Shown here piece after piece: positions 1 to 11,679 of a stretch of 64,000 bases of DNA. A model generated the notes under the pieces. The model made no database searches and was not told the origin of the DNA. It saw nothing but the letters and a program-made list of their open reading frames with translations. Source of the DNA: the human T2T-CHM13v2.0 reference genome, Homo sapiens; the NCBI RefSeq assembly GCF_009914755.1, contig NC_060930.1; one strand, given 5' to 3'. Within the stretch, counting starts at the first letter, position 1; every line of letters begins with the position of its first letter. The position numbers were made by a program, and so were the translations under genes.

Positions 1-900
1 CAACCCAGATCCCAGACACAGAGAGGAGCCCAGGTTTAAAAGCTCCTCCCTGCCAAGGACAGAGTGCCACTCAACTCCATCTTTGCCCATAAGGTAAATC
101 AATTGCCCAGGCCCTTTGATGACATCACAACTTGAAAGACAAAAAAAAAAATAAAATTGTGAGAGTTTTTTTCATGGTATGAAATGTATCCAAAGCTCAT
201 TTTTATTGCGATGTCCAAACATCAGTGCTAGTTGGGAAGAAAAATAACTAAAGAAGAAAAATTTTTAATGAAATTGATACTGGATTTTTGGGACAACCAA
301 ATTAGAAAATGCAGGCAAAGTGCTTTGTAAATTGTGGGGGGAAAATTTTTAAAGGTGATTGCTATTACTATTCTCAATTCCAACTCCTTTCTCTCACCAT
401 TGAGATAACTGAACCCAATCAACCCCAGAACAGCTTGACTTCCTCAAGGTCATGCCATTCCCTTGCTCAAATAACCTTCAAGGGCTCTCCACTGCCCACC
501 AGAAAAACTTTTACCTCTTAGATTTTCCATTCAAGGCTTTCTTATCTTGATACATTTACCTTTCAAATCAAATCACCAGTGAATTACTGAACGGCTACTA
601 AGGTCAAGATACTATTAGGCTGCTGTGGGCATAGGCAGAGTCACAAAATATGTTCTATTTCTTAAAGTACTTCACAATCCCACTGTTTCCCATATGAACA
701 ATAACTATATAGTTAAACTCATCTGCTTACTCTACCCCAAACTTACTCTCAACTTTTATACCTTGACGTCTTTATTTATGCCTTTTCCCTCACCTAAAAT
801 GCTCTCCATCAAAACTACCTCTTTCTTGCAAAATCTCACACATCCTCCTAGGCCCTACTCAAGTGATATCTCTCCTAAGTCTTCCTCCACACTAAGAGGC

Positions 901-1113
901 TAGTGGTTCTCAATCAGAGATTTTCCTCCCCAGGGAACATTTGACAATGTCTGGAAACACTTTTGGTTGTCACAAAGGGGTTGAGGGTACTACTGGCATG
1001 TATGAGTAAAAGCCAGAGATTCCACTAAACATTTTACCATGCATAGGACAGCCCCCCACCCCAACAACAAAGATTTATCCAGCCCAAAATGCCAATAATG
1101 CTGAGATTGAGAA
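901..1113 (+). mobile_element. MER20 DNA transposon (hAT-Charlie MITE)
   Basis: tagtggttctcaa...cagggaacatttgacaatgtctgga...cccaaaatgccaataatgctgagattgagaaa resembles MER20 consensus. Confidence 0.85.
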
Positions 1114-1199
1114 AGAAGCAGTATCTCCTCTCAACTCCTAGAACACCAAATATTTAAACAATCTTTTGGCATCTAGCATATATTGCAAGATATATTTAT

Positions 1200-1335
1200 T
1201 TGTCACATTTAGCAAATAAATATACAGGATGTTCAGTTAAGTTGGAATCTCAGATAAAGAACAAATAAGTTTTCAATAAAAGTGTGTTTCATTTAATATT
1301 TTTAATATTTCACATACACTCATACAAAAAAAGTA
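1200..1335 (+). mobile_element. MER53 fragment
   Basis: tttagcaaataaatatacaggatgttcagttaagttggaatctcagataaa resembles the MER53 left arm. Confidence 0.7.
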
Positions 1336-1339
1336 TTCT

Positions 1340-1640
<301 letters not shown>

Positions 1641-2394
1641 AAAAATATTCTTTCTTTATCCAATATTTTCTTTGTTACTTTTTCTTATTTGCATGTATTA
1701 TTTTCCTAAATGATATGGAAGTTTGTAAAAGAGAGGAAAAATTTTATGCTGTTCAGCCTTCTTTCAGCATTTAATTCATACCTATGGAAAGCACTGAAAA
1801 AACCTTTATCAATAACAATGATAAAATATTTTTTATATCCTTTACTATCTATGAGCACTGCAGGCTTACAGTTATCACTGACATATTTTACGAGTTTCAA
1901 CATCCTCATGACTCCCTCATCCTTATGTTGAGTCTTCAAGCCCCATGCTATCATGAAGACAGCAAGTACCAGTGGAAATAAAAAAATGCCAGACCCTAAA
2001 TTCGTCAGATGAGTCTGGCTCAAATTGAAAAAGCAGTGTGTTGAGTTTGGCACAACACAAAGACATGTACCTAAAGCTCTGTTTCATTTGATTATCCACT
2101 TCTCCACATGCACACTTCTTTATAGAACTGCTCTTTATACATAACTGCTCAAGAGCTTAGGGTAGAAAGGAGGAGTGAACTACCTGTGGCAAACCTTCTT
2201 TCTGTTATGACTGATGTGGGGTAAAATGTCCTGAAATCAGGCCAGGGTTAGAAACTCAAAATCCCTAGGCACTGAAAAGATTATCCTTCACCCCACTTTC
2301 ATACGGAATTCAAAATAAGTTCCACAAAGTTAGAAATTCTCCCATAGTGTCTACTACACTGATGCTTTAAAAAAATACCTAATTATTTCAAACA

Positions 2395-2397
<3 letters not shown>

Positions 2398-2428
<31 letters not shown>

Positions 2429-2431
2429 CTC
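2398..2431. repeat. (CT)n microsatellite
   Basis: Direct reading. Confidence 0.95.
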
Positions 2432-2710
2432 GTTTCTGTTTTATCAATGCCCTAAGCACATATTTAGCCTTCTCAGAGAGAAATCAGCAGTGGCTAAAAG
2501 GAATGGTCATTGTGTGACATCCCTATCCTAACAATGTTGAAAAATATTCTTTTTTGAATAGCTATATCTATGAATGCAAAATTAATCAATCAGGAACATT
2601 TCCAAAAATCTGATCTAATGGAAGTCTGGCCTATCCCTTTAATTATTCTAATATGGAAAACTCCGAGGAGAACAAAACCATATATTTTTTAAAAACTTTT
2701 TGCCTAGAAC

Positions 2711-3128
2711 ATTGGTTTTCAATGGAGTGGAGGAGAGAGCAATTTTGTGCCACCACCTCACCCACCCCACCAATAAGGCTACCAGATTTAGCAAATTAAT
2801 AATCAGAATGCTCAATTAAATCTGAATTTCAGACAAAAAACAAGCAAGTTTTTAGTATAAATATGTCCAATTAAATACAATAAAACGATTCATTCTTTAT
2901 CTGACATACAAATTTAACTGGGTGTCTTGTATTTTATCTTTCAGTCTCCCTGGGGGACGTCTGGCAATAGCTAGAGACATTTGGGGATGTCAAAACTAGG
3001 AAGGACGCTACTGCATCAGGTGGGTAGAGGCCAGGGATGCTGTTAAACATTCTACAATACCTCCAACAGCACATCACAACAAAGAATATTCAGTCCAAAA
3101 TGTCAATAATGTTGAAATTGAGAAATCT
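2711..3128 (+). mobile_element. MER20 interrupted by a MER53 (~2775-2945)
   Basis: MER20 5' end at 2711 and remainder from ~2948 (gggggacgtctggcaatagctagagacatt...gtagaggccagggatgctgttaaaca); palindromic MER53 arms in between. Confidence 0.8.
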
Positions 3129-5929
3129 TTATCTAGAATGACCTTTGAGAACGTCTATTCTTTCTTCTTCTTTTTATTAGAAAAGAACAGAAGGTCTAGA
3201 GGAGTTAAAGTGGCTTGCTCTAAGCCTCACAGCTAATTAATTTCAAAGTTGGTCAACTTGGAGGCAAACGTAGAAAACTGGTTCCATTTCTGTGTGGCTC
3301 AGAAATGTTGCCTACTAAAGCAGATACGCTTAAGCTACCCAAGAGTGGATTCCTTCAGACTTCTCCAATAGAAAACATCAGTCAAGCCCCTAGGTGGTCT
3401 CCGGCTGGGAGGAAGAGGAGGAATAGGGATAACATTTTTCTCAAATATTTTTCCAAATCTTTTCCCTACCCCAAATTTTATTTATAGGAAAAGAAGCAAG
3501 GGAAGAGTGAAAACACTGGCTTGGAATGAGCTCTGATCATGTCTACTCTCTCCTACTCCTACTTTTTCTTGGAGCTACAAAGATAAATTGTTTGAGTCTT
3601 TAGGAGAGCCTAACTCCTTATTCAAGTATTTCCTTGCTCCTGGATGTGGAAAAATTGCTTAAATAAAAACTACTCAAAAGAAAAAAAAACTACCCAAAGA
3701 AGTTATTAAGTATTACAAAAGAAAAATGAAGGCATTGATGAAACCTACTAGAGATTATTTGGGGGACAGCCAAATGTCAGAGGCCTGTGAAATAACACGA
3801 AGTGGTGTACTGAAAATGTATTCATACGTCAATTCTTGCCACATAAGGTTTGCCTGGAGGCCCCAAAGCAAGCAACATGGCTCATCTAAGTAAAGAGCCA
3901 GCCAAGATAATCTAATGACCTAAGAATCTAATGACACTATACACTGTCTCTGATCCTGCTTGGTTTTATTTTAACAGACCGATTTTTATTGCTTCTTTTC
4001 TGTGAGTGTCTGCAATGATTCCCTGCCACTGCTTACTGAAATATTTTCTTAAATTATGAGTTGAGTTTTTTAAAACGCAGTATTAAAAATATTCATTCAG
4101 CATGTTATTAATTACTAGTATGAATTGTTGGCAGGATTGGACTATAGAGGAGTAATTGCTTTAACCACATTATCTAACTAAGGAGTACTCATCCTATTAA
4201 AAGAATTTTCACATGAAACATAAAAATGAATTTAGAAAAGGGCATATCCTATTGAAGATATTGGAAAAGAGTTTCCTCCTTCCTTCTCAGTCCCTTCAGC
4301 GCTATCATCCGATCATTACAAAACTTTCAAAAGAAATAAGACTTTGCCATTTACATTGCCTTTACCAGGCCTGGTACAACTAAGATCTGAATCTGTTCCT
4401 TTTTAATATCTTCTTGAAACATCCACCTTATCATTGTTATTTATATTAACATCTACATTCCCTTTTAGACACATAATTTTATGTTACTTTTTGATCCACT
4501 GATTTAACAGGGATGCATTTCAATAGCAGTCTTTCCAACTGTCAAATATATTTCTTGCATCTTGATATTCAGGTTACCCACACACTTTGCATTCCCAAGA
4601 GAATTAGAAGATAATTTTCAGAATCTTGAAGTCATTTCTCTGTTTCCTGGGAGGCAGTTTCTCAAATATTTACATTAATCTCTTTGAGTGAGTTAAATAA
4701 TTATAAGTAATTCAAATCAGACATTATTTTGAGAAAGGAAAGGCTACTAACTCCTGCTCTAATTTTCATTTTATTTGGGAAAACACTTAAGACTCCAACA
4801 GAGCCAATAAAGTTAATGGTGATCCTATGACTAGGAGGCCCCATAATTCCCTCTGCCATTAGCTCTTCACCTAAAAGACAACAAAAAATCTCCTCAGCCC
4901 AGTCAGTTGGAGCATGTCTAAGGATTCTTTGGTTGGAACTCCTTCAGGAATTTAGTGCGGTCTCCACAACTGCAACCTTCTTCAGGAAGTGTGAGGCATG
5001 ATCAAGCTAACTAGAACCCTCAAAGTATTTTTGCTAAGTCTCAGCAAATATATGAAGACTAAAAAGGGATAAAGATACTCTCCCTAGAATTTAGTAGCAC
5101 TCTGAAGAGAAAGTCCTTTCTGCCATTCTAAAGGTATTCGGCTCTTAATACATCTTTCTGATGACTTACTGTCATTTTATGCATATTAACATATTTTTTA
5201 AAGAATCTAAATATTATTTGGGGAAAAATCTATTACATTCTAAAGTAGACAGCTAAATTTTTATAGGAGTAATATTAGATATTGAATCATTTCTGTAGTT
5301 GAGAATCTGGGATCAATAAATTATTTTACAAAGTAGATATCTAGGAATTTCAGCCGTCTTAGAGTAAAATAACTCAGAATAACTAATAATAACTTTCATT
5401 TTCTTCTGAGGCTTGATTTAATACTGAGGTGAAAAGTTCCCCTTTTGGAAATGGTAATTTAGCCTCTATTTCTGAGATTCCAATGTGAGCCTTAGTCCTC
5501 ATTATAGGTTTTTGTGCATCTCATCTCAGAAGATAACCAAGACAATATGGCCAAAAGACTGTAAAAGACTGAGCTTTCTGAGTGTTACAAAAAAATGTGT
5601 TGAGTCAGAATACTTGTTAGCTTTGTTTTTTTCTGGCTTTGATTGGACATGATTTGCTTATAAGAGAGATAAGACATGCTGATAAAAATAGAACTGGCCC
5701 AAACAAGCTGATTTGTAACAAAACGTTTAGTTCTTTCAAATTTTTCTGTAGCTAACATATTGGGTACATAACTCAAGTAGGATTTATTGTTTACTATAAT
5801 AACCCACACGACCTCCCTCTCTATCTGACCTTTCACTTTTGTACTTATCAAATCTGATTTGAAGGAAATCAAGTTCCTCTTACTCTCTGAATCTGGGCTG
5901 TAAAAAACCTCAGCCCACAAAAACTGTGA

Positions 5930-6145
5930 TAATAACAATACAAGCAGCCCTACTATGTGCTAGGCATTGCTCTAAGCTAAATCATCTTGCATAATCATCA
6001 GACCCACTCTATAAAATGGTACATTATTCTCAGTTTTACAAACAAGGAATCCAAGGCAGAGAGAAGTTAAGTAACTTGTTAAATATTGCTCTGCTAAAAT
6101 TTGAGCCTAAGCAATTTGGGATCCAGAGTCTATTCTTTAACTGCC
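5930..6145 (-). mobile_element. MIR SINE
   Basis: tactatgtgctaggcattg...ttttacaaacaaggaatccaaggcagagagaagttaagtaacttg core. Confidence 0.8.
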
Positions 6146-6984
6146 TCTCATGACACCATAGAAGAAAATTTATTGGCTTGGGCATAGAATTTTTCCTTTG
6201 CCTAAACTTATGTTCACGTATATATTTTTAATGTGGTCATATGGATTTTTTTCAGTCAATGTAATATTTGAATATTTTTCTAAGTTTTCATAAGTAAAGA
6301 AAAAAACCAAGTCCATTGTTCTCAAAGCACAGAACAAATTGAGAAGTTTGTCCTGATTTGTAACATAGTTTCCCTCAGGAAACCTGCAGTTTGAGACCTA
6401 CAATGTTAGTAGGAGAATCATCCCTGGATTTGAGGGATATACAGCAATTATTTGATTTCTTTAGACCCATTTTATTCTCTCATTTGCAAAATGAAGGCGA
6501 TAAATTAGGTTATTTCCAGATTCACTGCATGAAGTTGCCTGGACATACACATTAGAAAGCAAACATTCAAGAATTCTTACTAAGCACCGCTTGAACAAGG
6601 GCGAAGTGTGTGCATGCAACACAGGCGCTTAGGAGAAGAGAGGATGGGGTGTGCGTGCTCAGAGGGGGCAATAGGAAGTATTTTCTCAAAGGTGCCTACA
6701 CAACTTTCAAGCAAGGACAGGTCCTCACTTGAAAAGTGAGGCATGAAAAGCAAAGGCATGGCTGCCCCAGGCCATCCAGATGTAGGCCACACTTGTTCAC
6801 AGTGCCCTTCTTCAGCAGTGTGTCTTCACCTCTCTTCCCACACCCTTCAGTCTCCTTTTCATGCCCCATTTTTATTTCCACACTTCTTACCACCTCTCTT
6901 TCTTCCCCTACCAACTATGAAGCCCACATGGACTTGCCCTTTCTAAGTATCTCATCTCTTTAGGGCCCAGCTCCAGATAGATCA

Positions 6985-7291
6985 CAATCAGAGGTGGGAT
7001 TTTAAATATTTAACAACCAATCAGAATGGATGTCAGCTATGGTGCTGAAGTGAGTTTCTGAGGATGCCAGCTATAGTGCTGAAATGACTTGGAGGCCCTC
7101 TGAGGCACAAAGCTTGACCCCTTTGTCTTCTGGATTGTGAGGAGGCCCAGAGAATTGCAGGGGAGAGGCTGCACAACTGGAATGGCAGGGTCACTGGCTA
7201 AACAGAAGAGACACTGACCCAATCAGGACAGATAACAGCTGTAAAGAACTAGTTTGCCCATCTTGATATGTACCACATTAATATAAATCTT
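6985..7291 (+). mobile_element. hAT-type DNA transposon remnant (MER99-like)
   Basis: ggtgggattttaaatatttaacaacc...ccaatcagaatggatg and a second ccaatcaggacagat near the 3' end; family recalled, uncertain. Confidence 0.5.
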
Positions 7292-9459
7292 GCTGATAAT
7301 AAAAAATAATTGCAAATAAGGTTAAATCTTATTAAATCTTACAAATTAAATCTCATATATGTGTGTGTATATATATATACACACACATACATATACCTAT
7401 ACATATTGATAAGTATTGCTATAGCTGTGTACAGCAGCTGCTTCAACAAATTTCTTTCCTTCCTCTCTCTAAGCTCTAGAAAATTATCTCTCAAACTCAA
7501 GCCAAGCCCACTGCCCAGTCTGTGTTTACTCTCCTGTTAAGCCATTGCTTTCTGGGGGTGCAGAGATGGGTCATTCTATACAAGCTGCCCCCATCCCTTT
7601 ACTCATTCCAAAGAAACCACTTTTCTATCATCTCCACTTCTCCACTACCTCCCTCATAACCACAGTGGCCCAAGAGCAGTTAAGTGGAGGTGGGAAAGTC
7701 TGGGATAGGGGAATGGGAAGAGGGATCAAAGACTGTAGCTACTCAGATGTTTATTTTTCAGTCACATAACTTCATCTATACCTGAAGTCTTCACAGTGGC
7801 CACAGAATGGAAAATGAGCACAATATATGCAAGAAATGTGAAGATGATACACTTGGCTCTTGGTAGAGAGTAAACAGATTAGCAAGAAAGGACATATCTG
7901 TGAGCAAAGGGCCAAAGAGTCTGAGTTTAGTTCCATGTTCTGGCGTATGTGCGGATCTTAGAATTGCTGCTCTCAGCGCACAAAGTAAAGCCCACTATTG
8001 TGCCCCATACCCCCCTTTCCCTAACTTCTAATCTCATGGAAAGAAAAAATTTCATATATTCAACATAAATTTTGTTTCCATTTAGCATTCAATGTACAGA
8101 ATAAACAACCAAGCCATTGAATTATCTTGTTCTATTATAACCTAATTGATTACCGTGTTTGTGTGTAGTGGCGGTAAAACTAAAGAGAAAGAAAAATAAC
8201 TAGCTAATTATGCTCAAGTATAAACATAGCAAAATATCTTTTCTTTTACATAAATATCCAGTTTTGGATTACTCAATTAAGAAAGCAAATCAGCTGAAAA
8301 TAAACAGACTGAATGAGTTTCCTATGTTAACTCACATGATTCCTCTGAGACTTCCAAAACAGTTTTCTGGATATCATAAAATAAGGGTTCTTTGCACAGC
8401 ATAGGTCACTAGAATATATTTGACCTAGAAAACAGCCAGAGTCTTAACAAGAGAAAAATATAGTAAAAGCATTATGAAAGCCATGAAGTTAAACCACAAC
8501 AAGCTATCTGATGTTTCTTATCTTAGTTTATTCATATTAATACCTTTAGATTTCATGACCAGCTCAGAGTCAGTGAACTTTTTCCTTGTCATTTTATTTC
8601 CTTATCCAGAGATGTTTGTAGATGGTCATGTTTCTGAAAGAAGGTTCTAGTTGAATTGTTCATATTAGGAGTTAATAGGGGTTAAAAGGAAGGTAGAGAT
8701 GGTAGGGGGACAGCTGAAAAAAATTGCTATGCTTCTGTGGCTTTTAAAAAATCCATATTTTATGAATCAAAACCATGAAAAACTATCATGATGTCTAAAT
8801 ATTTAGAAGGAAATATTATGCTTCACAGAGGTCATTCTGGCACAGATGTTGGACTGTTCCATGTCTGTCCTTAAGAATCCAAGACATCAGACCCTTGACG
8901 TCATCCTTTTAAGATTATAATGCTCCACAATTTTGATTAACTTGTTTTTATAGACTCAGGCCTAATACTCAAGTACTTACATTTTATTATTTCCTTCTTT
9001 TAAATTAACATCAAGATTTTCTTTCCAGTGACTAAAAATAGATTATTTATGCTGCAGTGGTAAATGAAGTCTATTTAAAGTACAGTGATTTGGGTTTAAC
9101 TGCTAAAAATATTATGGGCCTGGGAGAAAATAATACCAGCATTTGTCCTAACATAGCGTTGATATTAACAAAAATGCTCAAGTGCTTTGTGAAAATCACA
9201 GAAAAACTCTGCACACTAAACATCAATGTATGCAGGAAATATTTCCTTTTTAAAACTGAATTTAATGCCTGAACATTTTGTAAATGTTTGCAAAGCAAAA
9301 TTTGTTAACAGGTCTCTTAGCTCATGCTAAGAACAAAATGTTATTTTTACCTGAACTCACAGCCAGCCAATTCTACCTTCTGATGTACAAAGACTTTGGT
9401 TCATTAACAAAGAATATATTTGCTTACCTGTTAGTAACCCTATTTTAACTTCATACTAT

Positions 9460-11206
9460 TCTCCCAAATCTGCACCTGTATATCCAGCAACTCATTCAAC
9501 TCTTCTACTTCTACGTTTAATAAACATCTCAAACTTAACATGTTCAAAACTCAACTTCTGGTCTTACCCGCTATCTGGTCCTCCTGTAGCCTTCCCCACC
9601 CCCATTAATGCTGACTGCATCCTTTTAGTTGCTAGGCTGAAACTCTGACTCTTCCTTTTCTCTCACATCCACATCCAACCCATCCAGAAATTTTATAGTT
9701 CAACATAGAAAATATATCCAGAATATGACCACTTTTCACTATTACTATGGCTACCACCCTGGACCTAGCCACCATCATCTTCAACCTAGATAATGCAACA
9801 GCCTCCAGCCAGCCTTCTTGCTTCTGTCTTTGGCTTACTACGATGCCTTCTTAACACAGGAGCTAAACTTCACCTTTCAAAACTTAAGTCAAGGAGCAAG
9901 AGCAACACAAAATGGCAGCTACCGTGGGCTCTGGAGCAAAAGTCCCTTACAATTTCCAACCATTGGAAGAACTCAAAGAAGCCCAGAAAGGAGCAGGAGA
10001 TGGCACAGTTAACTGCGGTCTAGAAGATGATGAAGACATGACACAAGATGCACAGGGCTAACAATTGGGCCTCCAAGAACAATTTATGAAAACTGAATAT
10101 ACAGCCTTAAAATAAAATGTGGACCTAAATAACCAGAAGCAGCCCTTTTGTAAGATTTGTAACATAAATTAATCTGAATGGAGTTACTAGCTCCAATGAA
10201 GTGGTGGACCCATTTCACTGACCCATATCAATGCTAGCAAAATGGCAGAATTCATATAGCATCAAAGTTGTCCTGCAAGAGCTTCAGTGCCTAATAATGT
10301 CTAAAGAAAATATGAAACTCCTTCAGCTGCCTGAAGGACAGTTTCACAGCAATTAAAAAAAAAACAAGCTCTTCTCCATCCCCTCATTCGATTTAAGCAG
10401 TCTTCATTTTCCACAGTAGTATATTTTCCAGGTGCATCTTATAGACTTCAAAGTACTGGAAAGGAAGCTCCCATTCAAGGACAATTTATCTTAAGATTCC
10501 AAAAATGACACTAATTTTTGTCCACTTGAAATATATAAATTGTGCTATAACAAAAATAAAACCAAAAAACCCAAAAACTTAAATCAGATCATGCTCCTTC
10601 TCTGCTGAACAAAACTTCTCAAAAGGAGTAAAAGTCAAAATTCTTACAATGGTCTACAAGACTCTGCTTGTTGTCCCCATCTGTTACCTCTCAGACCTCT
10701 TTTGCAACTCCTCTCTCCCTCATTCACCTGCTCCAGCCACGCCAGCCATCGCGCTGTTCCTCGAACTGCCAAGCATGTCCCCGGCTTAAGGCCCACCCAG
10801 GTTATTCTCTCTGCCTGGCTTACTTTTTGCCCAGATATTCACATGGCTTATTCCTCACCTCTTTCAAGTCTTTGCTCAAACATTACCTGCTCCACGAGGC
10901 ATTCCCTGACCATCCTATTTAAAATTATAATCTTCATTTCCCTACTCACGCTCAGCACTTCTGATTCCCCTTACCCTAATTTATTTTTTATTTTTCATAG
11001 TATTTATCACCTTAACACTTGTGATATGATTTACTTATTTATTATGCTTATTATTTACAATATTTACCCCATGCTCCAGCATGTAAACTCCAGAAGGGAA
11101 ATAATCTTGGTCTGTTCACTTTCCTGATCAAGTGCCTGAACCAGTACCTGGCAAGTGGTAGGCATTTGATAAATATTTCTTGAGTTAATGAATGGATAAA
11201 TGAATG
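9460..11206 (+). mobile_element. L2 (L2a-like) 3' portion, split by the UBE2V1 retrocopy
   Basis: catctcaaacttaacatgttcaaaact..., resumes aaatcagatcatg at 10581, ends with gtaggcatttgataaatatttcttgagttaatgaatg. Confidence 0.88.
9892..10573 (+). pseudogene. UBE2V1 (UEV1A) processed pseudogene inserted in an L2 element (recalled as UBE2V1P15)
   Basis: ATG at 9912 reads [44 protein letters not shown] (parent [27 protein letters not shown]...); ends ...PEGQFHSN* at 10356; intronless, frameshift near 10040, CGA>TGA at 10094; 3' UTR, decayed A-tail; TSD aaaacttaa(g/a)tca at 9879-9891 and 10574-10586. Confidence 0.95.
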
Positions 11207-11471
11207 CAGTGTTTTATCAAATAGTGGGAATTAACTGCTAGCTTCATTCATGTATCCATTCATCAACAACGTTATTGATTCCAAACAACGTTATTGATCA
11301 CCAATCAACATTATTGATTCCTGAATGCCTATTCTGCACCCAGTATGGACCCATATTCTGTCTTCTGTTAGACCCCTTGGCAATTAAAATCTGGGATTAC
11401 ATTTAATGTAGTAATCTACAAAGGTAAAACTATTGGTATGTAGAGGACCTAGATTAAGAGATCAACTAGGT

Positions 11472-11679
11472 CGGTGCTCTCCAATAGAGTTTTCTGTGAT
11501 GACAGAACTAGTCTGTATCTGTGCTGTCTAGTACAGTAGCCCCTAGTCACATGGAACTACTGAACACTTGAAATAGAGCAATATGATTGAATAACCTAAT
11601 TTCCATATTCTATTTTATTTTATGTTGATTAATTTAAATTTGAATAGCCACATGTGGTTACTGTATTGGGCAGCACAGC
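11472..11679 (+). mobile_element. MER3 DNA transposon
   Basis: gctctccaatagagttttctgtgatg...tagccacatgtgg...tattgggcagcacag. Confidence 0.8.

Noticed and set aside
9421-9440. Minus-strand TACTAACAG|GTAAGC (branch consensus plus AG/GT)
   Set aside because: No polypyrimidine tract and the branch point is too close to the AG; at most an orphan cryptic donor.
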